Of a stretch of DNA of 64,000 bases, positions 9,849 to 21,875 are shown one piece after another; within the stretch, counting starts at the first letter, position 1; every line of letters begins with the position of its first letter. Both the position numbers and the translations under genes were made by a program. This DNA is from an uncultured Chloroflexia bacterium (GTDB lineage: Bacteria > Chloroflexota > Anaerolineae > CG2-30-64-16). The stretch is taken from the NCBI GenBank assembly GCA_963810095.1, contig CAWEMM010000011.1, forward strand, positions 64,001 through 128,000, written 5' to 3'. The notes under the pieces were generated by a model that did no database searches, was not told the origin of the DNA, and worked only from the letters and a program-made list of their open reading frames with translations.

Positions 9849-11338
9849 ACGGCAGCAGGGACACAAGCCACGTCATCGTCGTCGGCGGCGGCATCGCCGG
9901 CCTGAGCACGGCGTGGTATCTATTGAAGGAAGCGCAGTCCGCGGGCCGGCAGCTGTTCGTGACGGTGCTGGAGGCACAGGATCGCTGGGGCGGCAAGGTG
10001 CTCACCGAAACGGTCGAGAGCGAAGCCGGAGCTTTCACAGTCGAAGGCGGCCCCGACTCGTACCTCACTCAGAAGCCGTGGGCGGGCCAGCTGGCACGCG
10101 AGGTTGGCATCGGCGAGCGGATCGTTGGCACCAACGACGCAAGCCGGAAGGTCTATGTCGTCAATCGCGGCCGGCCGACGCCGCTGCCCGATGGCGTGCT
10201 CTTGATCGTGCCGACCAAGTTCATGCCGTTCGCGCTCTCGCCCCTCATTTCACCGCTGGGCAAGCTCCGCATGGGCCTGGACCTCGTCATTCCCGCCAAG
10301 CGCGACGGGCAGGACGAGACGCTGGCCGAGTTCGTGACGCGGCGCCTGGGCCGCGAGGCGCTGGACAAGATCGCCGAACCGCTGATGTCCGGCATCTACA
10401 ACGCCGAAGCGGACAAGCAGAGCGTGCTGGCCACGTTCCCACGCTTCCGCGCCATGGAAGAGCAGTACGGGAGCCTGACGCGGGGCATCCTCGCGTCGCG
10501 GCGCAACGGCCACTCGCCAAAGCCCGGGCAGGCCGGCGCCTCTGCAAGCGCCGCGCCGGCCAGGAAGCCATCCGCGTTTCAGTCGTTTGCCGGCGGGACC
10601 CAGGAGCTAACGGACGCGACCGTCGCAGCACTCGGTGCCCGGCCGGGCGAGGTGGAGCTGCGAACGGGGACGCGCGTCGTGGGCATCGAGCGCGGGGAGA
10701 AGTGGACGGTGAGGCTGGCAGACGGCGAACAGCTGGCGGCTGACGCGCTCGTCCTGGCCTGCCCGGCGTTTGCGGCGGCCGAGCTGGTGCGACCACACTC
10801 GGCGGAAGTGGCCGCAAAGCTGGCCGCGATCCGCTACGTGGGCACGGGCACCGTCTCGCTCGCCTACCGGGCAGAGGACATTGCGCGGGCCAAGGCCGGC
10901 GGCTTTGGCCTGGTGGTGCCAATGAGCGAGAAGCGGCCGATCAACGCCGTCACCTTCAGCTCCATCAAGTTCGACCACCGCGCACCCGCGGCTGCGTGCT
11001 CTTGCGGGCGTTCTTTGGCGGCTCGCGCAGCCCCAAGTCGATGGCGCTCGACGATGCGGCGCTCCTTGCTACCGTGCGCCGCGAGTTGTCCGACCTGCTC
11101 GGTATTGACGGCGAGCCGCTGATGCACCGCATCTACCGCTGGCCCCGCTCGAACCCACAGTACGACGTGGGCCATCTGGTGCGGGTTGGCGAGATCGAAG
11201 CGTAGCCTGCCCGCGGGCCTCTTCGTGACCGGCAGCCCGTATAAGGGTGTCGGCCTGCCGGACTGCGTCAAGCAGGCCCAGGAGACTGCGAGCCAGGTCG
11301 TGTCCTCACTCCAAGCACAGCCGGCAGCGCAAGCGTGA
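9845..11338 (+). CDS. hemY: HemY/CgoX FAD-dependent (copro/proto)porphyrinogen oxidase (frameshifts near 10990 and 11200)
   Basis: VVGGGIAGLS FAD motif, EGGPDSYL, EPLMSGIY, PQYDVGHL, and final frame GLFVTGSPYKGVGLPDCVKQA ending TGA 11338. Confidence 0.88.
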
Positions 11339-11423
11339 CACGCGGGCAGCCGAGAATCGCGATCAAAGACACGCCTTTGGCCGTTGCATGAGGCGTCAAG
11401 CCGGTACCACTGACTCGGAGGGG

Positions 11424-12194
11424 CTACTGGGGCTCGAGCAGGAGCTGCGAAAGGTCGCGGGCGCCCTTGGTGGCCTGGCCTTCGAAGTGATTGTTGAAGT
11501 AGACGAGCGTTAGCGGGGCTTCGGCCTCCAGCTTTTCCAGCTTCGGCACCCACTCGCGCAGCTCCGGCTCACTGTACGTGTAGTTGTAGCGCTCCCAGGC
11601 TTCCTCGTGCGCGTACCACTTGGCGTAATTGCGCCCATGGAAGCGCACATAGGCCACGTCGCTGGTGGCCACGGCGATGGGCGGCATCAAGCCCTTCAGG
11701 CGCGGCTCGTCCACACAGCAGTACCCCAGGTTCTCGGCTCGGAGGAGCGCAAACGTTTCGTCGTCGACCCAGCCCGAGTTACGCAGTTCGACCACGACGG
11801 GCAGCTCGCCGAGGCCCGCACGCAGCCGCCGCAGGTAATCTTTGTTCTCGTCTGTCGGATGAAAGGAATACGGGAACTGAGCGAGCACGCAGCCGAGTTG
11901 TCGGGCCTGGACAAGCGGCTCAATCGCGGCCGCAAACCCGGCGAAGTCGTGCGATTCACGCTGGTGCGTGAGTTCGCCGTAGGCTTTGACCGCAAACAGG
12001 AAGTCGTCGGGTGTTTTGTGCACCCAGCCGACGACGGTGCTTGCGGCAGGAATACGGTAGTAGGTGACGTTGATCTCTACGGTAGTGAAGAGAGTTGCGT
12101 AATAGCGCAGATGCTCGCGTGCGGGTAGGCCCTGGGGATAGACCGGGCCGATCCAGTCGTCGTACGAGAATCCCGAAGTCCCGATCCTCAACAT
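11424..12194 (-). CDS. DUF72 family protein
   Basis: IGTSGFSYDDW, VEINVTYYRIP, LAQFPYSF, YVRFHGRN, YNYTYSEPEL, YFNNH. Confidence 0.9.
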   Translation of the reverse strand: MLRIGTSGFSYDDWIGPVYPQGLPAREHLRYYATLFTTVEINVTYYRIPAASTVVGWVHKTPDDFLFAVKAYGELTHQRESHDFAGFAAAIEPLVQARQLGCVLAQFPYSFHPTDENKDYLRRLRAGLGELPVVVELRNSGWVDDETFALLRAENLGYCCVDEPRLKGLMPPIAVATSDVAYVRFHGRNYAKWYAHEEAWERYNYTYSEPELREWVPKLEKLEAEAPLTLVYFNNHFEGQATKGARDLSQLLLEPQ

Positions 12195-12369
12195 GCTGCC
12201 TCACCAAGAAATGCACGTTGACTTGTGTTTGATCGGACGTTCTAAGAATTCTCAAAGTTCCGCCACGGCCGCCTGGTGCCATAATGAGACGTCGCCGAGC
12301 GTGGATGTTACAAGCCATGTTGCCATTAGTAACGGGCATCACAGAATGATTTAGCCACTACCCGCCCGA

Positions 12370-12398
12370 TTTGCGCCCAGAGCCGGCTGGCGTATAAT
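12370..12398 (+). promoter_or_regulatory. Candidate promoter for the NRPS/PKS cluster
   Basis: TATAAT at 12393-12398 with TTGCGC 16 bp upstream, in an AT-richer divergent intergenic region. Confidence 0.4.
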
Positions 12399-12678
12399 GC
12401 GAACCGATCACTAATCTAGGTATAAACGGAGCTCTCGCAGTTCGGATACGGGCAAGTTGACAGTTGTTCAGGAAGTCCCGACTTGTCCCGAGTGCCAACG
12501 ATCCCCGGCAGTCGAAGTTGCTTGCCACATCGCACCCTCCTCCGATCCGGCTGGGTTCCGACAAAAGAATAGGTCTGCCACGCCGCACTGCCCGCGGTTC
12601 GTGCAGCACGATTTGCGTTAGCCCTTCGTCACACCGCCAGCACCCGGTCCGACGATCCATCGATGATCCGGAGACATC

Positions 12679-14465
12679 ATGAGCCACCCCCATGACCGGT
12701 CCGCAAATCTCGTCGATATCCTGGTCCAGCGCGCCGAGCGTTCCGGTGGGGACCTGGCGTTCCGATTCCTCGCGGATGGCGAGGCGGACGAACAGGAACT
12801 CACCTACGCTGAGGTTGTGGAACGAGCGGGCCGCGTCGCCACAACTTTGCGGGAGGCCGGCTGCGGTGGTGGACGAGCAATCTTGGTGTATCAGCCCGGC
12901 CTCGACTATATCACCGGGTTTCTGGGGTGCCTGATGGCCGGCGTCGCGGCCGTGCCCGCGTATCCGCCCTGATCCGTACCGCATGGAGCGCACCTTCCCG
13001 CGCTTCCAGGCCATCGTCAACGATTCGCTGCCCGCGGCCATCCTCAGCACCTCCATGATCCTCGAACTGGCGGGCGACCTATTCGACGAGTTTCCCGATT
13101 TTGCAGGCATTGCCCGCATCGCGACGGATGCGCTGCCGGCCGACGGTGGTGTTACCTGGCGCCGCCCGGCGATCACCGGGAGCACCGTGGCATTCCTGCA
13201 GTACACCTCAGGCTCGACCGCCGACCCGAAAGGCGTCATGCTGACGCACAACAACCTCATGGCGAACCTCGAGCTGATTCGTCACGTCTTCGCCATCCAT
13301 CCGGGTTCAACCGCCGTCATCTGGCTGCCTCCATACCATGATATGGGCCTGATCGGCGGCATCCTCGAACCGCTCTACTTCGGCATGCCCTGCACGTTGA
13401 TGTCGCCGCTCGACTTCCTGCAGCGGCCCGTCCGCTGGTTGAACGCACTGTCAAGGTACGGTGCGACCATCAGCGGCGGCCCGAACTTCGCCTATGACCT
13501 GGTCGCCCGCAAAGTCACCCCCGAACAGAAGGCCTCGCTCGACCTGAGCCAGTTGGGAAGTCGCCTTCAACGGCGCCGAGCCGGTGCGCAAGGAGACCAT
13601 CGAGCGCTTTTCTGCAGCCTTCGCCGAGTGCGGCTTCCGCAAGGAAGCGTTCTACGCCTGTTACGGACTGGCCGAGGGGACGCTCATTGTCAGCGGCGGC
13701 ACCGCTCTGACGCCGCCGGTCTATACTACCGTGAGCGCGGCTGAGCTGGGAGGAGGGCGGGCTGTTCCAGTCGCCGAAGGAAGCCCCGACGCGCAGGATC
13801 TGGTCGGCTGCGGCAGGACGCTGCCCGACCAGACGATCCTGATCGTCGATCCGGATACTCTCGAGCCCTGTGCTGCGGGCATCGTCGGCGAGATTTGGGT
13901 CTCGGGCGCCAGCGTGGCGAAGGGCTACTGGCAGAAGCCGGAAGAATCCGAGCAAACCTTCTGTGCGGGCATCGCCGGGGACAAAGCGACCTCGCCCCGT
14001 TCCTTTCTCAGGACGGGCGACCTCGGGTTCCTGGACGCGTCAGGCAACCTGTTTGTCGCGGGCCGGATCAAAGACCTGATCATCGTCGACGGCCGCAATC
14101 ACTATCCGCAAGACATCGAGCTGACCGCCGAGAAGTGCCACCCGGCGCTGCGCCCCGGCTGCACGGCCGCGTTCGCAGTGAGCGAAGGCGGCCAGGAGCG
14201 ACTGGTCGTCGTCGCTGAGGTGGGCAAGGGATACCGGCCCGCGCCCGGTGCGGCTCGCCCGGCCGGCGACGGTGGAGACTTGGACCCGGCAGAGGTGGCG
14301 GCGTCCATTCGAAAGGCCGTGGCGGAGGCCCACGACCTGCGCACGCAGGCGATCGTCCTGCTCAAGCCGGGAGCAGCGCCGAAGACGTCGAGCGGAAAAA
14401 TCCAGCGCCGGGCGGCGCGGGCCGCCTATCTCGACGGAACGCTCGACACCTGGGGGGCCCAATGA
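12679..14465 (+). CDS. Fatty acyl-AMP ligase (FAAL) starter unit (frameshifts near 12968 and 13550)
   Basis: Three ORF pieces give AGVAAVPAYPP, FLQYTSGSTADPKGV, WLPPYHDMGLIG, CYGLAEGTL, IIVDGRNHYPQDIE and PKTSSGKIQR. Confidence 0.9.
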
Positions 14466-14891
14466 ACGCTACACCTGCGACGACGGACGAAATCCGCGCC
14501 TGGCTTGTCGGGCAGATTGCCGCGATCCTGAGCCTGCCGGAAGACGACGTCGACCCGGATGAAACCTTTGACTCGTTCGGCCTGGCCTCGCCGTGACGCG
14601 GTGAGCTTGTCGGGCGACCTGGAAGACTACCTGAGCCGGCGCCTCTCGCCCACCTTGCTCTACCAGTACCCGACCATCAACAAGCTGGCCGAGCACCTGG
14701 CGGCAACGGGGCGGGCACGACCTACACCAAGCGAGCACAGCGCCCCGGCAGCGCAGACAGGCCCAAGCCCGGTGGAACCAACCGAGACACCTGCCGTGGT
14801 CAATTGGCCGGGAGACGACCCGGCGAGCGCGCTGTCGGAGGACGAAGCGGAAGCCGCTTTGCTCCGAAAGTTGCTGGAACTCGGTGAATGA
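14462..14891 (+). CDS. Stand-alone acyl carrier protein with C-terminal docking-like helix (frameshift near 14590)
   Basis: ATGA overlap with FAAL; EIRAWLVGQIAAIL...FDSFGLAS/RDAVSLSGDLE...LLYQYPTINKLAEHL; tail LSEDEAEAALLRKLLELGE. Confidence 0.85.
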
Positions 14892-14943
14892 TGAAACATT
14901 CATCTTCTGGTGCGCGGATATTCACCTCGGTTGCAAGCGCATT

Positions 14944-14952
14944 TGGTACAAT
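14944..14952 (+). promoter_or_regulatory. Possible internal extended -10 promoter before the first PKS gene
   Basis: TGG-TACAAT at 14944-14952 in a ~150-bp gap, preceded by a small hairpin GATGAA-ACA-TTCATC. Confidence 0.3.
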
Positions 14953-15043
14953 TCGACGATGAGGAAGGTGTGACCCTGCCGGTCTTCCTGCGGAGCGCGG
15001 TACATAGGCCCGCGAGTCGCTCGCTCAAAGGTTAGGCTTCTCT

Positions 15044-18000
15044 ATGGTCGAGTCTGGCAACAAGAATCCACAGCGGCCAACGTCGCGCCGGCCGCAGACA
15101 CCGCGCGGGCCGACTCGGCGACGCTGACGCGCGCCCTGCTTGCGATCGAGAAGCTCCAAGCGCGCCTGGATGCCGCCGAGCGGGAGAAGACGGAACCTAT
15201 CGCCATCGTCGGCATGAGTTGCCGCTTCCCCGGCGCGCCCGACGTCGAGCCTATCTGGGCGCTGCTGCAAAACGGGGTCGATGCGATCGGCGAGGTCCCA
15301 CCCGACCGCTGGGACGTCGACGCGTACTACGATCCCGAGCCCGGCGCACCCGCCCAGATGGTACACGCGCTGGGGCGGCGTTCATCCGGGACGTCGACCG
15401 GTTCGACGCCGCAGTTTTTCGGCATCTCGCCGCGCGAGGCCAGCCGCATGGACCCGCAGCAGCGCTTGCTGCTCGAGTGTGCGTGGGAAGCGCTGGAGCG
15501 GGCGGGGCTGGCGGTAGAGAAGCTGGCGGGCAGCCGGACCGGCGTCTTCGTCGGCATCAGCCAGGTCGACTATAGCCTGATCCAGTTCGAGGATCGCACG
15601 AAGCTCGACGCCTACGCGGGCACGGGCAACGCGCTGTGCATCGCGGCGAACCGCCTCTCCTACCTCTACGATCTTCGCGGGCCCAGCGTGGCGCTGGACA
15701 CGGCTTGCTCCTCCTCTCTGGTCACGACCCACCTGGCCGTCGAAAGCCTGCGGCGCCGCGAGTGCGACCTGGCACTGGCCGGCGGCGTCAACCTGATCCT
15801 CTCCCCCGAGTTGTCGATCACCTTCTCGCACGCGCACATGATGGCTGCCGACGGCCGGTGCAAGACGTTCGACGCGGCGGCCGACGGGTACGTGCGCGGC
15901 GAGGGATGCGGCGTCCTGGTCCTCAAGCGCCTCGGCGACGCCGAGCGTGATGGCGACCGGATCGTCGCCGTGATCCGCGGCAGCGCGGTCAACCAGGACG
16001 GCCGCTCGAACGGGCTCACTGCGCCCAACGGGCTGGCGCAGCAGGCCGTCATCCGCGAGGCGCTCGCCAGGGCACACGCTCGAGCCCGCGACCAGGTGAC
16101 CTATGTGGAGGCGCACGGCACCGGCACGATCCTGGGCGACCCAATCGAGCTCAATTCGCTTGCGGCGGTGATGGGAAGGCCGCGAGCGCAAGTGCCTCGT
16201 CGGCTCAGTCAAGACGAACATCGGCCACCTCGAAGCAGCCGCGGGCGTAGCCGGGCTCATAAAGATCGTGCTGATGCTGCAGCACGCCGAGGTTGCGCCG
16301 CATCTCCATTTCAAGCAGATCAACCCCTACATCCCGATCGACGAAATGCCGCTTGCCATCGCAACCGGGGCCCAACCCTGGCCTGAAGGTGCACCCTACG
16401 TCGCAGGCGTTAGCTCGTTCGGGTTCGGGGGGACGAACGCCCACGTCATCCTGGCAGCCGCGCCGGTTCGTGCCACCGCCACGCCCGCCGAAGCAAACGG
16501 ACCCCTCCCGCAGCCGGAGCGCACGCATCACCTCCTAGCGCTCTCGGGACAAACTCCGGCGGCCTTGAGCGCCCTGGCCGGGGCCTACGCACAGGCGCTG
16601 GAACGCCCGGACGCTCTGGCTGCCCCCGACCTGTGCTACACCGCGAATGCGGCCCGAAATGGGCTGCGCACGCGAACAGCGTTGGTGGCTCGGGATGGCG
16701 CCGAACTCGCGCAGAAGCTGCGTGCATTGGCTGCGGATACCCCACCCGAGATCAGGGCTCGCCGCGGCAAGGTCGCGTTCCTGTTTACGGGCCAGGGCAG
16801 CCAGTATGTCGGCATGGGCCGCAGCCTGTACGAGACCCATCCGGCCTTCCGGGCTGCCATAGACCGGTGCGACGCGCTGCTGGCGCCCGTCCTTCCCCGC
16901 CGCCTGCTCGACGTGCTCTACTTTGGCGACGAAGCGACGCAGGCCCTGCTCCACGAAACGACGTACACGCAGCCGGCCCTGTTTGCCATCGAGTACGCGC
17001 TGGCGCAGCTGTGGCTCTCGTGGGGGGTGCAGCCTCACTACCTCATTGGTCACAGCGTGGGCGAGTACGCGGCTGCCGTCGTCTCCGGCGTCTTCAGCCT
17101 CGAAGACGGCCTGCTGTTGTTGGCGGCGCGCGCCCGGCTGATGGGCCGCCTGCCGCACGACGGCGACATGGCCGCCGTCTTCGCCGATCCGCAGACCGTG
17201 CTTGCGTTGTTAGGCGACCAGGGCGAGGTGGGCTTGGCCGCCATCAACGGGCCAAAGAGCGTCGTCATCTCCGGCAGGCGCGAGGCGATGACCGCCGCGG
17301 TCGCCCGGCTTGAAGCGGCCGGACTCACGGTCCGCCCCATGCAGGTATCGCACGCGTTCCATTCGCCGCTCATGGATCCGATCCTCGACGAGTTCGAGGC
17401 TGCCGCGCGCCGGGTCAGGGCTCGGCCGCCGCAGATTCCCATCCTCTCGAACCTGACCGGGCCCCTTCTGCAGGAGGCGCCCGATGCCGGTTACTGGCGG
17501 CGCCACGTCCGCGAGGCGGTGCAGTTCAATGCAGGCATGCAGGCGCTGGGGCAAGCCGGCTGCCGTGTGTTCGTCGAGATGGGACCGAAGCCAACGTTGA
17601 TCGGGATGGGCAAGCGCGCGCTGCAGGAGGCTCTGCCGGGGCACGCGGCGCTCTGGCTGCCCTCACTCAAGGCGCCGGATGCGGCGGCAGGCGCGGGCAA
17701 ATGGCCGGCCAATGACTGGGCCGTGCTGCTCGAAAGCCTGGGCGAGTACTGGTCGGCCGGCAACGACGTGGACTGGGCCTCCTTCGACGCGCCGTATGGC
17801 AGGCGCCAGGAGTCCTGGCCCCCACCTATCCCTTCCAGCGCGAGCGCTACTGGAACGAGTCGCCGTATGCGGCACTGCGGCGCAAGGGCTGGCTCGGCGG
17901 GGCGATCGATGGCGTCGACCGCGGGGCGGGCTTGGAAGACGCGGCGGGGTTGGAACGCGAAGACGCACAGGAAATCGAAGCGCGCGAAGCACGAAGCCGC

Positions 18001-21000
18001 GAAGCGCCGGCCGTGACGCGGGCGGAAGTCCTGGCTGCCCCGGCCGAGACGAGGCCGGCCCTGCTCGTCGATGCGATCCGGACACATATCGCCGGCGTGC
18101 TCGATCTCCCCATCACGCGCATCACCGCCGACCAGCAGCTCAATCACCTGGGTCTCGACTCGATCATGGCCATCGAATTGAAGGGCCGGGTCGAGGCGGG
18201 CCTCCAGGTTGAACTGCCCATCGCGGTGCTGCTCGCAGGCCCCACGATCGAGGAGTTGGCGGGCACCTTGCTCGACCTGCTGGCCGGCGGGGCGGCCGGC
18301 GCGGCGGATGCACCCCCACTGGTGGCAGAAGAAGCACCGGACGACGCCGAAAATCGGGATTATCCCCTGTCGGCCGGCCAGGCTGCGATGTGGCTGCAGC
18401 ACCAGGTCGCGCCGGGCAGCGTATACAACCCGGTCTATGCGGCCAGGGTCGTGGGCGAGGTCGACATCGAGCGGCTGAGGCTCGCCTTCCAGCGGCTGGT
18501 CGATCGCCACCCCGCGCTGCGCACGACCTTTCACTCCGTCGCCGGCAGTCCCGTCCAGCGGGTCCATGCGACGATGGCGGTGTGCTTCGAGACCCTGCCC
18601 GCAAACGAGCCCGTGGATGCGGCGGACGCCGGTTCGCTGGAAGACCGGCTGGGCGCCCTGGCCTATCGGACGTTTGATCTCGAAAACGGGCCGCTGCTGC
18701 GCGTCTACGCGCTCGAGCGGGCGCGTCCGTCGGGAGCGCACGAGCACGTCCTGCTGCTGGCAGCGCACCACATCGTCGTCGACCTGTGGTCGCTCGCCAT
18801 TTTGGTCAGCGAAGCCGGCGCTCTGTATGCGGAGCCCGCTGCGGAGCTGGCGCCCGTCCCGCTGCGCTATACGGATTTTGTGCGCTGGCAGGGCGACCTC
18901 CTGGCGTCGGTATCGGGCGAGCGGATGCTGGCATACTGGCAGGACAAGCTGGCAGGCGAACTGCCCGTGTTGGAGCTGCCCACAGATCGCGCTCGCCCCA
19001 CTGTCCAGACCTTTGCGGGGTCCGTGGAGTCGCTGGATCTGGGCGAGGAGTTGACCCTGTCCGTCCGGGTCTTCAGCGAAGCGGCAGGCGTCACGCCGTA
19101 CGTCACCCTGCTTGCGGCCTTCCAGACGCTCATGCATCGCTATACGAACCAGGAAGATATTATCGTCGGGTCGCCCACCACCGGACGGAGCCGGGCGGCC
19201 CTTGGCGGGATCGCGGGCTATTTCGTGAGCCCGATTGCCGTGCGCGTGAGCTTTGCCGGGCGTCCGACGGGCGCGGACCTGGTGCAGCGCGTGCAGGAAG
19301 CGGCCCTGGGCGGGCTGGCTAACGCGGACTACCCGTTCCCACTCCTGGTGGAAAAGCTGCACCCCCGCCGCGATCCCTCGCGGACGCCCGTGTTCCAGGT
19401 CATGTTCGCGCTCCAACGCAGCCACTTGCTATACGAAGCAGGGCTGTCGCAGTTCGCCACGGGCGAATCGGGCATGCAGATGGCGCTGGGCGGCAAATCC
19501 GGCCCCACGCTCCGGCTCGAGTCGGTTGCCGTGCGCCAGCGGATGTCACCGTTCGACATGACGCTGCTCGTTGCCGACGGCGAGAAGTCGCTGGGCGTTG
19601 CCATCGAGTACAATCTGGACCTCTTCGACCCTGCGACGGCCCGCCGTATGCTCGGCCACTACAAGACGCTGCTCGCCGGCCTGGTCGCAGCGCCAGAGCG
19701 GGCCGTCGCCGAACTCCCGTTGCTGACGGCACCTGAACGCACGCAGATCCTCGGCGGGTGGAGCGCGGGTGCACTGCCCGACGCGCCCCTTCGCCACGCC
19801 TGCATCCACGGGGCGTTCGAGGCTCAGGTCGACGCGACGCCGGATGCGATCGCTCTGCACTACGATGCGGGCGACGGCGCACCTCCGCTTGTCTGGACCT
19901 ATCGGGAGCTGGACCAGCGTGCTAATGCGGTGGCGCACAGGCTCAGCGCGCTGGGCGTCGGACCCGAGCAGCGGGTGGCACTCTGCTTCGAACGGTCGCC
20001 CGAGATGATCGTGGCGATCCTGGGCACGCTGAAGGCCGGGGGCGCGTATATCCCGCTCGACCCTGCGGCGCCGCAAGAACGCCTTGCCCGGATCCTGGCC
20101 GATGCCCAACCCGTCGCCTGCCTCACGCACACGGCGGCACAGCAGGTCTTTCCGGGACTGGCGCAGGCTCACGTGCTTGTCGATGCCCTCGAGCCAGCAG
20201 CACCTGGGCTGGCCGATCGCCCCGCGTCGAACGCCGGCCCCCATAACCTGGCCTATATCATTTACACCTCCGGTTCGACAGGCACGCCCAAGGGCGTCAT
20301 GCTCGAACACGCGGGGGTTGTCAACCTGGTGCAGGCGCAGTTGGTCGCGTTCGACCTGGCGCCCACCGACCGGGTTTTCCAGTTCGCGTCGTATACCTTC
20401 GACGCATCGGTGTCCGAGATCTTCATTGCGCTGACCTCGGGTGCGGCGCTGCACGTCGGACGCCGCGACGTCGTGCTTTCTCCTGACAACCTGGCGCGGG
20501 TGCTGGCACGCGAACGGATCACGAACATCACGCTGCCGCCCACGCTGCTGCGGCTGCTGGACCCCGCCGCGCTGCCCCAGCTGCGCACCGTGATCTCGGC
20601 CGGGGACGCCTGTACTCCAGACATTGTCGAGAAGTGGGCGCAAGACCGCCGCTTGGTGAACGCGTATGGCCCCACCGAGACGACCATCGGCCCCACGTAC
20701 AACGTCGTGAGCGATCTTCGCACGGGCACGTCAAGCGGGACGGGCGCCCCCATCGGGCGGGCCATCCCCAACGTCCGCACGTACATTCTCGACCGCAACG
20801 GGCAGCCCCAGCCGCTCGGCGTGCCGGGCGAACTGCACATCGGCGGCGCCGGGCTGGCGCGCGGCTACGTGGGCCGGCCCGACCTGACCGCAGAAAAGTT
20901 CGTGCCTTGCCCGTGGAATCCCGCGCCGCAAGCGCAGACTGGGGAAGATCGACACGATCCTTCTCCCGCGCTGTCGGCTGAATCGGTGCTGTCTGCTCAA

Positions 21001-21870
21001 GCGGCGCTGTCTGCGTCTGGTTCCGGCGCGCGCCTCTACCGGACGGGCGACCTGGCCCGGTGGCTGCCCGACGGCCGGATTGAATTTGTCGGCCGGGCGG
21101 ATTACCAGCTCAAGATTCGCGGCTTCCGGGTCGAGCTAGGCGAGATCGAGGCGGTCCTGAGCAAAGCGCCCGGGATCAAGCAAGCCGTCGTGCTGGCCCA
21201 GCCGGCCCACGGCGACGGAGCCTCGGGGCACAAAAACGGCGCGGCGAACGGCGACGTCAGGCTCGTGGCATGCGTGGCCCAAGACGCCCTACACGGGCCC
21301 TCGGAAGGCGAAGTGCGGGGGTTCCTGCGCAGCCGCCTGCCCGACTACATGATGCCCGCCGCCTTCATTGCCATGGACAGCCTGCCTCTGAACGCCAGCG
21401 GCAAGGTGGACCGGGCGGCCCTGGAAAAAAGCGCAGCCTTGCTCGCGCCGGCAGGTGGCCGGGCAGCGACCGCAGAGTTGGTAGCGCCGCAGAACCAGCT
21501 AGAGCGCGATCTGGCCATGATCTGGCAACAGGTGCTCGGGCTCGAGCGAGTGAGCATCCACGACAACTTCTTCGATTTAGGCGGCCACTCGCTGCTCATG
21601 GCCCAGGCCCACAGCCGCCTGCAGGAGCGCCTCGGCCGCGAGGTGCCCATCGTGGACCTATTCCGCTACCCGACCATTCACCTCCTGGCCGCTTACCTGG
21701 CGGGTGGGGCCGGCGAAGCGGCTCCGGCCAGCGCAGCCCAGCAGGGGCAGGAACGGGGCCAGCAGAAGCGCCAGGCACTGCAACAGCGCGCCGAGCAGGC
21801 TCAGCGCGCGGAGCAGGCTCAGCGCGAACGGATGCTGCAACGCACGCCGCCACGTAAGGGCGGTAGGTAG
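15044..21870 (+). CDS. Hybrid PKS/NRPS 1: KS-AT-ACP-C-A1-PCP (several frameshifts)
   Basis: [37 protein letters not shown] (KS); GHSVGE and HAFH (malonyl AT); [11 protein letters not shown] runs in frame into LGLDSIM (ACP); HHIVVDLWS (C); [11 protein letters not shown] (A); GGHSL (PCP). Start codon approximate. Confidence 0.88.
20968..21015 (+). repeat. In-frame 18-bp imperfect tandem repeat in an A1 loop
   Basis: GCGCTGTCGGCTGAATCG / GTGCTGTCTGCTCAAGCG / GCGCTGTCTGCG ([16 protein letters not shown]). Confidence 0.65.
21784..21826 (+). repeat. In-frame 18-bp tandem repeat (QRAEQA) in the C-terminal docking region
   Basis: CAGCGCGCCGAGCAGGCT CAGCGCGCGGAGCAGGCT CAGCGCG. Confidence 0.7.
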
Positions 21871-21875
21871 ACAAT

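Noticed and set aside
11203-11205. TAG in hemY as stop-codon recoding
   Set aside because: The protein continues in a different frame (LPAGLFVTG from 11207), so this is an indel and not readthrough.
4187-11338. Heme genes as pseudogenes or programmed frameshifts
   Set aside because: Single-base shifts with fully conserved flanks in many unrelated genes and no obvious slippery sites; sequencing error is simpler.
12358-13260. 300-aa minus-strand ORF
   Set aside because: Antisense to the FAAL and its promoter region; no recognisable family.
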